DNA of 64,000 bases. It comes from Sulfolobales archaeon HS-7. Lineage in GTDB: Archaea; Thermoproteota; Thermoprotei_A; Sulfolobales; Sulfolobaceae. Made by a program: the position numbers and the translations under genes. The DNA lies in contig AP024596.1 of the NCBI GenBank assembly GCA_019704295.1, forward strand, positions 2,087,178-2,151,177, in the 5' to 3' direction. Below are positions 21,352-31,491 of this stretch, one piece after another; the first letter of the stretch is position 1; every line of letters starts with the position of its first letter. The notes under the pieces were generated by a model. The model saw nothing but the letters and a program-made list of their open reading frames with translations. It was not told the DNA's origin and did not search any database.

Positions 21352-22350
21352 TTATAATATCTTGGTAACAATTGGTATATCTCCAAATCCATTTATATGG
21401 ATAACTTCGTGTTTATTTATATCGCTTACGGGTATTACTCTTGCGCCGATAGGTCTTTTTTTAACCTTATGTAATGCTATTAGATCTAACAGGAGAGATC
21501 TCATCAGATTCATATCACTCTTAATAGGTATCATATCTACTCCTGCTACGCAAACTTGAGAAAACATTACGAAATGGTAAAGACCTAATCTCCCCTCCTT
21601 TACCCTTTTCATAAGTAATGAGTCTTCTCCTAAGGGAAGCATAACTTCCTTGAAACCTATTGATTTTATTAATTTCGAATACCTTTCTATTATTGAATTA
21701 AGGTTCCTTACAGTATATAAATTTGAGGGACTAAATAGTCTACTTATTCTTCGCTCGATTAGTCTTCCTACGCTATCATCCATCCAAGGGGAAAGTGAAG
21801 GGTCAAGACCAAGATATTCTGATCCGATTTCGCTAGATATCTTTTTAACTTCCTTTTCTGCCGTAAGTAAATCTTGCTTAACCGTACCCCTCATGAATGA
21901 TTCGACGTAGAGTAGACTAGCTCCTATGCCATCCACATTGTTCGCACTTCCTGCTGGAAAGTAGGGCGTAGTCAAGAAATCGTTATTTATCAATACTGAT
22001 ACCCTAGAGGCTTCATCAGGTTCAAGGTTTATGATCTCCTTAACGACTATATTTATATCAGTTTCATGATTGAGAAGTATTGAACCATAAACGTTATCGA
22101 ATTCCTTAATTACGTTATGAAAAGTTTTTCCATCTAGCTTATTAGGGGTTAAGTGTAACAGGGAAAACTTTACTTCATTATCATCAACGAGGTCTAGCAA
22201 AGCCAATGGATCCGTTTTAGTTGGGGGAAACGCTATTCTTCTCGTCCATATTTCTATTGGCGATGAGACGGATTTCAGCTGAGAAATTGCCTCCTTAACT
22301 TTACCTTTGTCTGGTTGCGATATAAATCTCGTAAGAGCCCTTATTCGCAT
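21352..22350 (-). CDS. DUF711-family protein
   Basis: [32 protein letters not shown]. Confidence 0.8.
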   Translation of the reverse strand: MRIRALTRFISQPDKGKVKEAISQLKSVSSPIEIWTRRIAFPPTKTDPLALLDLVDDNEVKFSLLHLTPNKLDGKTFHNVIKEFDNVYGSILLNHETDINIVVKEIINLEPDEASRVSVLINNDFLTTPYFPAGSANNVDGIGASLLYVESFMRGTVKQDLLTAEKEVKKISSEIGSEYLGLDPSLSPWMDDSVGRLIERRISRLFSPSNLYTVRNLNSIIERYSKLIKSIGFKEVMLPLGEDSLLMKRVKEGRLGLYHFVMFSQVCVAGVDMIPIKSDMNLMRSLLLDLIALHKVKKRPIGARVIPVSDINKHEVIHINGFGDIPIVTKIL

Positions 22351-22352
22351 GC

Positions 22353-22949
22353 TTATTTTCTTCTTTTTCTAATATTTATAATGCTTAGGAGATCGTACTT
22401 TTCGGCATAACGCTGTTCTTTCCAAGGATCCCCTAGCATATGATATCCTCTTCGCTCCCAGAATCCTGGGATATTATCTCGCATAACTTCTATTCCGACA
22501 ATCCATTTAGCACTTTTCCATCCGTAAAGATATGGGATCAAAGCCCTAACGGGACCTCCATGCTCAGGTCTTAGTGGATTTCCGTTAAATTTTAATGCAA
22601 GAATGGATCTCTCCATCATTGCATATTCTATGGGTATATTTGTACTATAACCGTCTGCTGAGTGAAGCATAACGAAATGCCCTTTAGGTTTGACCTTATC
22701 CAAGACTAGTGAAAGTCTAATCCCCTCCCACGTATCGTTAATTCTTGACCAACCGGTAACGCAGTGAAAATCTGTGGTAATTGAAATCATAGGATAGCTC
22801 GTTAAGTCTTTCCATGAAATGCTTATTTCATTATCCACTTCTCCAAACACCCTTAGACTAAAATTTTCCTTGTCAACATGAGGTGTATCTCCTATACTCA
22901 TCACTGGAAACTTGTCGGTAACTACTTGGTTTGGTGGTATTTCCTGCAT
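22353..22949 (-). CDS. Sulfite oxidase-like molybdopterin oxidoreductase
   Basis: DFHCVTGWS, EHGGPVR, YGWKSAKW, GFWERRGY. Confidence 0.92.
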   Translation of the reverse strand: MQEIPPNQVVTDKFPVMSIGDTPHVDKENFSLRVFGEVDNEISISWKDLTSYPMISITTDFHCVTGWSRINDTWEGIRLSLVLDKVKPKGHFVMLHSADGYSTNIPIEYAMMERSILALKFNGNPLRPEHGGPVRALIPYLYGWKSAKWIVGIEVMRDNIPGFWERRGYHMLGDPWKEQRYAEKYDLLSIINIRKRRK

Positions 22950-23027
22950 AACAATCTCTCAGAACTATAACGTTAAAAGTTTCTGCTTAATTTCTTTTTG
23001 AAATATCATCAATGGTGATTTTGCGTC

Positions 23028-23192
23028 GGGGCCGCTCACGCGTTCATTGTGAATTGTAATTTGGGATAAAGTGTAATAAAATACAGTAAATCGTCTTAGT
23101 GGAAATATCCACCAGTCATTGCGGTAGTATTGAATAAAATTTGTCGTAGTTATTGAAATAAACTGAATGTGCAATAGAGACGTGATCGCCCT
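23028..23192. mobile_element. MITE copy A (~165 bp, ~28-bp TIRs)
   Basis: GGGGCCGCTCACGCGTTCATTGTGAATT ... GACGTGATCGCCCT; similar to four other copies. Confidence 0.65.
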
Positions 23193-23256
23193 CGGGTTGT
23201 TCTATGACCCTTTTATAACTTTGAAAGTCAAAGTTATTTAATAAGAATATGCTTCC

Positions 23257-23418
23257 TGGGCAATTCAGGTGTCAATTGCAAACTGTAATTATTGTTGAGA
23301 CTGGTCAGATAAGGGAAGCTGTAAACCGCGGATCCCTACCCAGTCAATGCCGATCGTTTAATTAAATTTATTCTTTTTCTAAACAAATTGGATTCGGAAA
23401 AAACCCATTAACGGTCCA
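23257..23418. mobile_element. MITE copy B
   Basis: TGGGCAATTCAGGTGTCAATTGCAAACTGTAATTATTG...TTAAATTTATTC...TTAACGGTCC. Confidence 0.65.
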
Positions 23419-23481
23419 TTACGAATTCGGAACTCTGATAAAGGTTAAAGTTAGTGATAGATTAATCTATTCGTAAAGAGG

Positions 23482-24042
23482 TTGCATCTGATGAGAGTAT
23501 TCGTGGGAATTCCAATAAATCAGGACAGTAAAATTTCCAGCTTACTCGGTGAGATAAGCCAGGTGGGAGAAGTAAAACTAGTAGAATTGGATAACATTCA
23601 CTTGACTTTGTTGTTTATAGGTGAAAAGCCTGACCACTTAGCAAAAGAACTAATAAAGGCGTGCCGAACTGTAGCGTTTAAAAGCTTTGAAGTCTCGTTG
23701 AAGGGAATTGGAGTCTTCCCTAATTTAAGTAGACCGCGTGTTATATGGATAGGAGTAGAGAAGGGAAAAGGAGAGTTGATACTAATAAGGAATAAACTAA
23801 TTGCAAACTTGGCCAAAATAGGTATAAAACCAGACGATGAATCGGATTTCTCGCCTCATATAACATTGGCAAGAGTTAGAGGTGGGGTGAATATAGGAAA
23901 ACTCACTGAGATTATAGAACGCTATTCAGACTACACGTTCCTTACTTTCAACGTAAATAGCTTCTTTGTTTTTAAAAGTACACTAACAAAAAACGGTCCT
24001 ATATATGAGGAATTATCTGAAGTGAAGGTAAGTGAATCTTGA
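23482..24042 (+). CDS. thpR: RNA 2',3'-cyclic phosphodiesterase (2H family)
   Basis: HLTL and HITL motifs, PRVIWIG. Confidence 0.92.
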   Translation: MHLMRVFVGIPINQDSKISSLLGEISQVGEVKLVELDNIHLTLLFIGEKPDHLAKELIKACRTVAFKSFEVSLKGIGVFPNLSRPRVIWIGVEKGKGELILIRNKLIANLAKIGIKPDDESDFSPHITLARVRGGVNIGKLTEIIERYSDYTFLTFNVNSFFVFKSTLTKNGPIYEELSEVKVSES

Positions 24043-25261
24043 TGACGTTTTAAGAAGGATTAAACCAGACAATCAGGAATATGAAAAGGCAAATAGCGCC
24101 ATAAACACGTTAATGAAACTGTTAGATGGCCTGTCTGCCGAAGTTCACGGTTCCTTTAGGAAAGATACTTGGCTTAAAGGAGATACTGACATCGACGTGT
24201 TCGTCTTTTTTGATAGAAGCTTGGGTGTCGATTGGTTAAAAAGGGATGCGATACGTATACTGATGGAAAGGCTTTCGAGTCTTAATCCGAAAATGTCGTA
24301 TGCCGAACATCCGTATCTTAGAGTAGAAGTTAATGGGATTAATTTCGATGTCGTACCTGCGTTTAAGATAAGATGGGGAGAAAAACCACTAACTGCTGTA
24401 GATAGAACTTCCCTACATACAGATTTCGTGAATTCGCATCTCTCGGACTATCAAAAGGATCAAGTACGATTGCTGAAAAAATTCATGAAGGGAATAGGGG
24501 TATATGGTGCAGAAATAAAGACAAGGGGGTTTTCAGGTTATGTTGCGGAACTTCTCATAGCGTACTATGGAAATTTCGAGTCCGTAGTAAGCGAATCCAG
24601 TAAATGGAAACATCCGGTACGTATAGAGTTAGCGAAATGCTTCCGTGAATTTAAGGAACCATTAATTATAGTTGATCCCGTAGATCCTGATAGAAACGCT
24701 GCATCGGCTGTATCCCTTAGAAGCCTTGCTACATTTGTGCTTGCGTGTAATGAGTTCATGAAAAACCCATCAGATAATTTCTTCTTTCCAGAACAAGAAA
24801 CGTATTCCGTCGTAAAGGGAGATATCCTAGCGTTTGAAATTCTAACAAAAGACGTATCGCATGACATACTCTGGGGGCAGATATGGCGAAGCGTTACGAG
24901 GATAAAAAACAAGTTAAAAGAGGCCGGTTTTGAGGTAATAGATATTACTGCCACAGAAAGCGACGGTAACTTGTATATTTTAACTCAACTGGCATGTAAG
25001 AATATACCGGAATACTATTTACATGTGGGCCCTTTCTACTTCGACAAGGACGGGGTAAATAAGTTCATATCCGTAAATGAACAGGTATGGATAAATGAGC
25101 AAGGTAGATTATGTACTATAAAAAAGAGAAAGGTGACTGATGCGGAAGCTATCATAGTAAGCAATATAAAAGTCAATGGGATGATAGGTATAAGGAAGGT
25201 AGATGGTATAAGCGCATGGATGAGTCCATTTTTGAGAAAGAGGCCAACTTGGTTAAAATAG
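24032..25261 (+). CDS. cca: Class I CCA-adding enzyme
   Basis: GSFRKDTWLKGDTDIDVF, YAEHPY, GFSGY, DPVDPDRN. Confidence 0.97.
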   Translation: MNLDDVLRRIKPDNQEYEKANSAINTLMKLLDGLSAEVHGSFRKDTWLKGDTDIDVFVFFDRSLGVDWLKRDAIRILMERLSSLNPKMSYAEHPYLRVEVNGINFDVVPAFKIRWGEKPLTAVDRTSLHTDFVNSHLSDYQKDQVRLLKKFMKGIGVYGAEIKTRGFSGYVAELLIAYYGNFESVVSESSKWKHPVRIELAKCFREFKEPLIIVDPVDPDRNAASAVSLRSLATFVLACNEFMKNPSDNFFFPEQETYSVVKGDILAFEILTKDVSHDILWGQIWRSVTRIKNKLKEAGFEVIDITATESDGNLYILTQLACKNIPEYYLHVGPFYFDKDGVNKFISVNEQVWINEQGRLCTIKKRKVTDAEAIIVSNIKVNGMIGIRKVDGISAWMSPFLRKRPTWLK

Positions 25262-25851
25262 AAAGTTTCATATATCCTAAAAGGCAAGAAAAAATTATAG
25301 AAGAACTAAGGAAATTCGGTATAAAAGAGGCTTACTCCTTCGGCCCAGTTAACCTCTCTAACGTAAATGTCATTGGCAAAGGTAAGTCCGGAATAGTCGT
25401 TTTACTTGATAGGGGTAAGGTGATTAAAATTAGACGTTCAGATTCTCCTAAACTCGATATGACAGATGAAGCAATGAGGCAAATAGAAGCCTATCCTTCC
25501 TCACCTAAGGTACATCTATACGGGAATAACTTCATTATAATGGATTACATTCCTGGAAGGCCTTTAACAAGAATGGAAAAGCCAGAAATAAAACGGGATG
25601 TAATAAGAAGGGCTTTTTGGCTAGATTATAAGCGAATACGTCACAAAGAAATTACTAGACCATGGAAGAATATTCTCGTTACTGAAGCAAGGAGTTATAT
25701 AGTTGATTATGAGTCCAGTACATATTCCTACAAGCCTAATAACGTAGCAAGAGTGGTCTTTGCTCTAACTCGCAATGCGCAATTGGTTAGCCTTTATACC
25801 TCGGCAAAACTGTCACTCGGTTCATTAGTAGATATCGTTATTAATTCATAA
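25216..25851 (+). CDS. Atypical Ser/Thr protein kinase-like protein
   Basis: IGKGKSGIV, IKIRRSDS, HKEI...KNIL, IVDYE. Confidence 0.8.
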   Translation: MDESIFEKEANLVKIESFIYPKRQEKIIEELRKFGIKEAYSFGPVNLSNVNVIGKGKSGIVVLLDRGKVIKIRRSDSPKLDMTDEAMRQIEAYPSSPKVHLYGNNFIIMDYIPGRPLTRMEKPEIKRDVIRRAFWLDYKRIRHKEITRPWKNILVTEARSYIVDYESSTYSYKPNNVARVVFALTRNAQLVSLYTSAKLSLGSLVDIVINS

Positions 25852-25852
25852 T

Positions 25853-26077
25853 CTAAATTAATTCATAATCTAAGGTTTTCCGCTTTTTCCTTGCTATTTG
25901 AATACTAAATATCGTAGGCATTTCCAATTGCCGACCGCATCTAGGGCACTTGTTTCCGTGATAACTCATGATTTCTTGTGGAGTTCTCACGCCGTAATAG
26001 TCCTGTCCTACTTTTTCAAATCTGAATAATTCGTATTCGCATCCTTTACACGTCCAGATTATTCCTATGTCTATCAC
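25853..26077 (-). CDS. Zinc-ribbon protein
   Basis: CKGC...GQDYYGVRTP...CPRCG. Confidence 0.8.
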   Translation of the reverse strand: MIDIGIIWTCKGCEYELFRFEKVGQDYYGVRTPQEIMSYHGNKCPRCGRQLEMPTIFSIQIARKKRKTLDYELI

Positions 26078-26254
26078 CAGTACAAAACTTAGCTGATTTT
26101 ATATAAGTAGGATTGCCTTAGTAATACCAAAAAATACATACGACCAAGTTCTCGTATTACGAGAGAGTGTTCCGAAACTGTTTACGCAAAAAACACGGAA
26201 AAGGGTAATATTACGAAGCAAAACATTTTTAAAAAGGAATGATGAGTTCAATGT

Positions 26255-26351
<97 letters not shown>

Positions 26352-26361
26352 TATTAAAAAA

Positions 26362-28497
26362 TTATTTCTTTAAAATTATTATTATTGCGCCAATGATTAT
26401 TAGAGCCAATAATGAATAAACTATGAACGGATTTAGTGAAGGTGCTTTTGTGGAAGTTCCGCCAGCGAGAACAATTGGATGATTAACTGAAGAGCTTGAA
26501 GTATTGGATATCGAAATATTAGATATCGTTATAGTACTGGAAGTGTTGGTATTTACTGGAGGCTTTATTAAAAACGGAATTACGGCCTTCGTATAGTTAC
26601 CTAATTGATTATAGACTATAATTTGTATCAAATAGAGGCCTGGTGATGCTGCAATTTTCCCCAACCCCGCACTGCTTAAGAGGATTTGAGTATTGTTAAC
26701 TAACACCTGGTACTTAAAGTAACTGCTTTCATTAATTTTTACAATTAATGTACCGTTTTCATAACTTATATTATAGTTGGGAATAACAGGTGTTGGGTAA
26801 TACAGAGTCTTAATTTCGGTAAAGGAACTACCTGCTACATTAGCTCCCTGAATTACGAATGTGTAGTTTCCGTAACTATTTAATATGTACATGTACTCAG
26901 TGCCACTTACCGTAGAGTTATAGATCGATTTACCATTCAAGTAAACTAATAGCGTGAGGTTTGCTGGCTCTGTAGTTTTCCATTTGATATACGCTTTATT
27001 CCCAATTCTAACCATAGATGCAGATATGTGAGGGATTGTGATTGATGTAAATTTAATCATAGCTGGTGTGCTGTTTCCGTCTGGGTTTTCAGCAATTATC
27101 CTTACGTAGTAGACGTCATTTGGAAATAGGCCAGTTAATGTAAAATTAGTAGTATTTCCAACCCAAAATGTTTTTGTGTAAGTGTTGTTTGAAAGTGTTA
27201 TGTAATAGCCAAGAATAGATAGTCCTCCATTATAACCTGGAACCCAGAACAGTGTAATATTATCATTTCCTAACTTGTAGCTAATTACAGGCTGGTTTGG
27301 AATTGTAGATGGGGTAAGTTTTATTGTGTTTGACGGAGTCCCGTTTCCTGCAATATCGTGGGGAACTACATATATATAATACTGAATACCGTTTTGAAGA
27401 TCCGTAACATTATAATAGTTGTTATACGTAAGGATAGTCGATATTCCAGCTGAACTGTTTAAGACTAAGTAGTATACTGGGGAAACGTTAGTCCATTCCA
27501 CAAATATCCATTGATTTCCCGAAGCGTAATTTATTATTCTTGGAGAAGATGGTGGGTAGACGAAATTAAGCAGATTTACATTAGATATCTCTATATTCGT
27601 TGAGTTATATCCTCCAATTAGGTAGATAGACGAATTAACCTGAACATATGCCATATCATATACCGGTTCTGACATATTCCATACGTAAATCCAAGACGTG
27701 TTTCCTTCTAGCGCCAGGATCTTGCTTGATGGATGAATCACACTTTCAAAAACCATCCCTCCTATTGAAAATAATTCGTTGTGTATGTAAGCCAGACCTT
27801 CCCCCTCAAGTCCGTAGGGTAGTGGAGCTAATTCTGAGACAAGCCCAGTTGCAGGATTAAATGCAAAAACAGAATTAAGCGCATGTACTCCGTAACTTCC
27901 CCCAACCATGAAGAACACACTACCATTAAACAGATATGATGCGAACGCTATGCCAACTGGTAATTTTTCCGTTAAAACTTGCCATGTGTTGGTAGCCGTG
28001 TCATATACTTGTATGATGTTAGAGTAATCTGACGCAATCCCCTCTGCTAATGCATAAGAACTGTTTACGCCTCCGAATAGAAAGATCTTACCACTATAGC
28101 CTAAAGACGCAGCTCCGTATACTGGCATAGGCATGGAGGTATTAATCACCGTCCAGTGAGAACCATTATATATCTCAATCGTATTGGCTAATTTTCCTGT
28201 CGATACATAAGTTCCACCTACTAGGTAAACCTCATTATTGCATACTATCGCATTTTCGCCAGTAATCCCTATGTGAAGTGGAGTTCCATAGTGCCATGTC
28301 CCGTTATAAATAAGCGGTAATGTTTCCGTGCCGTTATTATTGTTTATAAATAATATTATTTTTCCCTCATAATAGACTGATGCGGTTGATGATATCGGTA
28401 ATGGCGTTTGCGCCAGTTGATGCTCTGTTATCACTAACGCTGAGAGCGGAGTTGCAAAAGATATGCATATTAGTAGTAACAAACCTGTTTTCTTCAT
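26362..28497 (-). CDS. Surface protein with Kelch repeats and fibronectin III domains
   Basis: Signal peptide, repeated YLVGG/FLFGG Kelch units, W..GYNGG..I.GY FN3, Ser/Thr linker, C-terminal TM. Confidence 0.9.
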   Translation of the reverse strand: MKKTGLLLLICISFATPLSALVITEHQLAQTPLPISSTASVYYEGKIILFINNNNGTETLPLIYNGTWHYGTPLHIGITGENAIVCNNEVYLVGGTYVSTGKLANTIEIYNGSHWTVINTSMPMPVYGAASLGYSGKIFLFGGVNSSYALAEGIASDYSNIIQVYDTATNTWQVLTEKLPVGIAFASYLFNGSVFFMVGGSYGVHALNSVFAFNPATGLVSELAPLPYGLEGEGLAYIHNELFSIGGMVFESVIHPSSKILALEGNTSWIYVWNMSEPVYDMAYVQVNSSIYLIGGYNSTNIEISNVNLLNFVYPPSSPRIINYASGNQWIFVEWTNVSPVYYLVLNSSAGISTILTYNNYYNVTDLQNGIQYYIYVVPHDIAGNGTPSNTIKLTPSTIPNQPVISYKLGNDNITLFWVPGYNGGLSILGYYITLSNNTYTKTFWVGNTTNFTLTGLFPNDVYYVRIIAENPDGNSTPAMIKFTSITIPHISASMVRIGNKAYIKWKTTEPANLTLLVYLNGKSIYNSTVSGTEYMYILNSYGNYTFVIQGANVAGSSFTEIKTLYYPTPVIPNYNISYENGTLIVKINESSYFKYQVLVNNTQILLSSAGLGKIAASPGLYLIQIIVYNQLGNYTKAVIPFLIKPPVNTNTSSTITISNISISNTSSSSVNHPIVLAGGTSTKAPSLNPFIVYSLLALIIIGAIIIILKK

Positions 28498-28630
28498 TAA
28501 TGTTAGTATTCAAGGTATTCATGGTATATAACTGTTATCAATTGTTAATACTGCGTAGAACGAAGGCTGGGGGGTCAAATAAGCACTTATTCTCTCCTTA
28601 GATGGAGGATTATTAGTCGCGACGTTGCCC

Positions 28631-28795
28631 GAGGTGATTCAAACTTCCATTGTAAATTGTAATTATTGTAAATGGCAATTAAATAAAGGAAATTATTAAG
28701 TGTGAATCTCTTACTGGTCTATACGATAAGATTCAGTTAAATTTATTCCGTTTTTCTAAATAAAGTGAACTAACAATGAACGTGTGAACGGCCCT
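28631..28795. mobile_element. MITE copy C
   Basis: GAGGTGATTCAAACTTCCATTGTAAATT ... ACAATGAACGTGTGAACGGCCCT. Confidence 0.65.
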
Positions 28796-28830
28796 GCCCT
28801 ATGACCTCTTTTTCATATAGGGTAAAGCTG

Positions 28831-28893
28831 TTTGATGAGGTAGTTGAGCCCCAGAGAAAGGAAATTATTAAGGCAATAACATGATGCCTGATA
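28831..28893 (+). ncRNA. Possible C/D box sRNA
   Basis: TTGATGA-GGTAGTTGAGCCC-CAGA ... CTGA; C' box poor. Confidence 0.4.
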
Positions 28894-29005
28894 GCAACAA
28901 GAAATTCGCTAAATAACAAAAAATTAAAACCTAGCGTATGGGCATATCACATTACAACTATTGACGTAGGGAAAAAGTTAATTACACATTGGTATTATGT
29001 TATTT

Positions 29006-29107
29006 ATGTCAATCGAGTGTGATAGACCACCTTTAACAGAAGAGGAGAAGAGGAAAGTAAAGGAGAAATTAGCTAGGGGTAAGCAGAAAGAGTTCAAGTT
29101 TGGGTAA
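29006..29107 (+). CDS. Small charged protein (33 aa, MSIECDRPPLTEEEKRKVKEKLARGKQKEFKFG)
   Basis: Translated by hand; stop 8 nt before UDG start. Confidence 0.55.
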   Translation: MSIECDRPPLTEEEKRKVKEKLARGKQKEFKFG

Positions 29108-29115
29108 TGCAGTAA

Positions 29116-29775
29116 ATGGTTACTCTTGAAGAAATAAATACAACTATAGTTTCTTGTTCTAAATGTCCTAGACTCTCGGCTTACATAAATGATGTTAGTC
29201 AACGTAAAGTTAAAAGATATCGTAATTGGACGTACTGGGGAAAACCTGTCCCTAGTTTTGGAGATCCAGAAGCGAAATTAGTTATAGTAGGGTTAGCGCC
29301 GGCGGCCCATGGTGGTAATAGAACTGGGCGAATGTTTACCGGTGACAGATCTGGGCAGTGGCTTTTTAGAGCTCTTTACGAAATAGGATTTAGTAATAAA
29401 AATGAGAGCATAAGTAGAGATGACGGAGTGCAAGTTAGAGGTGTATATATTACTGCCGTTGTTCATTGCGCACCACCTAAGAATAAACCTTTAAAAGAAG
29501 AGGTCAATAAATGTTCAACTTACCTAAAAGAGGAGTTAGAGCTATTAAAAAGGGCGAGAGTTTATCTAACATTAGGCTCTGTTGCTTTTTCTAATACTAC
29601 CAAAATACTCGGGGTTAAGGGGAAATTTTACCACGGAGCTAAGTATAGTGTGGGAGAAAGACTAATTATTGCCAGCTATCATCCGAGTGCTCAAAATACG
29701 AATACTGGTAAACTTACATGGAATATGTGGATCTCCCTTTTCATGGAAATTAAATCTATTCTAGATAAAACTTAA
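29116..29775 (+). CDS. udgB: Uracil-DNA glycosylase family 5
   Basis: CSKCPRL, GLAPAAHGGNRTGRMFTGD, HPS. Confidence 0.93.
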   Translation: MVTLEEINTTIVSCSKCPRLSAYINDVSQRKVKRYRNWTYWGKPVPSFGDPEAKLVIVGLAPAAHGGNRTGRMFTGDRSGQWLFRALYEIGFSNKNESISRDDGVQVRGVYITAVVHCAPPKNKPLKEEVNKCSTYLKEELELLKRARVYLTLGSVAFSNTTKILGVKGKFYHGAKYSVGERLIIASYHPSAQNTNTGKLTWNMWISLFMEIKSILDKT

Positions 29776-29799
29776 TATAACAAATGAAGAACGTATTTT

Positions 29800-30576
29800 A
29801 TGTATTTGCCGGAGATCGATTACAATAAAGTTACCGAAACAATAGTCTCACAGCTCCAGAACTATATCGAACGTTATGGAGCTAAAGGGGGAGTTATAGG
29901 GCTCAGTGGAGGTGTAGATTCGTCTGTTACGGCATATCTCTTACGGAAAGCTACAGATAACATCTTTGCGTTAGTTATGCCGTCATCTTCTACTCCACCT
30001 AATGATGTAAAAGACGCGATTGATGTAATAAAACTATTGAACATAAAGGATTATAAAATAATAAATATAGATGAAATAGTCGATATCTTTTCAAAAAATA
30101 TAATCAATAGGGATAACCGGGTTATAGGCAACGTGAAGGCAAGGGTAAGGATGACGTTACTTTACGCCTATGCACAGACATTGGATTACCTGGTTATAGG
30201 GACTGGCGATAAAAGTGAGATACTCCTCGGTTATTTTACAAAGTATGGAGATGGGGGGGTAGATGTCTTGCCCATCGGGGAACTCTATAAGACGTGGGTA
30301 AGGAAACTCGCAAAAGCCATTGGTATACCGGAGAATATATATACAAAACCTAGCAGTCCTGCACTATGGACAGGGCAAACTGCCGAGGGAGAGTTAGGGA
30401 TTTCGTACGAGAAAGCCGATGATATACTATTTCTCCTCGTGGAAAAGCGGATGGGAATTGAGGAAATACATAAGTTAACTGGTTATCCAATTCCTACAAT
30501 AGAGCGTGTATATCAACTTTACGTAGGTTCAGAACACAAACGCAACATGCCTCCGATTATGAAAATTTCATTATGA
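29800..30576 (+). CDS. nadE: NH3-dependent NAD+ synthetase
   Basis: GLSGGVDS, NVKARVRM, GYFTKYGDG, SEHKR. Confidence 0.97.
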   Translation: MYLPEIDYNKVTETIVSQLQNYIERYGAKGGVIGLSGGVDSSVTAYLLRKATDNIFALVMPSSSTPPNDVKDAIDVIKLLNIKDYKIINIDEIVDIFSKNIINRDNRVIGNVKARVRMTLLYAYAQTLDYLVIGTGDKSEILLGYFTKYGDGGVDVLPIGELYKTWVRKLAKAIGIPENIYTKPSSPALWTGQTAEGELGISYEKADDILFLLVEKRMGIEEIHKLTGYPIPTIERVYQLYVGSEHKRNMPPIMKISL

Positions 30577-30635
30577 AGTAAAGTTACAAATTCGCTTCAT
30601 ATACGTTTAATTACTTAATCAATAAATACTTATTT

Positions 30636-31490
30636 GTGGCTAAAGACCCCGTAGCCTATAAAGTAAGCCTAGTAAATGGAGACGACTTATCCGTCCTTAA
30701 GACTATACTACGACTTCATAGTAATCACGAAATGGTACAGAGGGGGTTGGTTCAAAGACTTCTAACGTTATCACCTAATCTGCTTAATATATCACTGGAA
30801 AAGTTATATCAACTACATCTAATACGAAAAACTAACGTAAGAGGAAGGGAAAGTTTTAGAATAACTTTCACTGGTATGGATGTCCTCTCCATAAAGGAAT
30901 TGTCTATGAGGGGAGTAATTAAGTCCATTGGGGAAGTTATAGGGGTCGGTAAGGAAAGCATTGTATACCTTGGAGAGAATTTCAACGGTGAAAAAATAGC
31001 GATAAAACTTTATACTATAAAGAGGACTTCCTTTAGAAACTTTAGAAAAACTAGGGAGATAGAGAAAAAAATTGATTGGATAGCAATGAGTATACAATCT
31101 GCAAAAACCGAATACCGTAATTTAGAATGCGTGTCGCGAAAAGGAGGGAAAGTCCCTAAACCTTATGGTCACTATTTGAATGCTGTTGTAATGGAGTATT
31201 TCAATGGTAAAGAGTTGCAGCGTGTGTTTACAAACAAACCGTCAGAAATATTTGACGAGATAATTGCAACAGTTAATATTGCTTACAACGAATGTAATGT
31301 GATCCACTCTGATTTAAGTCCGTACAACGTTTTAGTTAATGGTGAAGATATTCGGGTTATCGATTGGTCTAATTCCTCTCACGATAGGTTAAAACTAGAG
31401 AAGGATATAGGAAATATTATAACTTATTTTAATAAAAAATATAATTTTAGTAAGAGTGTAACTGAAATTCTGGATCTGGTGAGGGGATAG
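30636..31490 (+). CDS. rio2: RIO2 kinase
   Basis: N-terminal wHTH, IGVGKES, HSDLSPYN, IDW. Confidence 0.9.
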   Translation: MAKDPVAYKVSLVNGDDLSVLKTILRLHSNHEMVQRGLVQRLLTLSPNLLNISLEKLYQLHLIRKTNVRGRESFRITFTGMDVLSIKELSMRGVIKSIGEVIGVGKESIVYLGENFNGEKIAIKLYTIKRTSFRNFRKTREIEKKIDWIAMSIQSAKTEYRNLECVSRKGGKVPKPYGHYLNAVVMEYFNGKELQRVFTNKPSEIFDEIIATVNIAYNECNVIHSDLSPYNVLVNGEDIRVIDWSNSSHDRLKLEKDIGNIITYFNKKYNFSKSVTEILDLVRG

Positions 31491-31491
31491 A

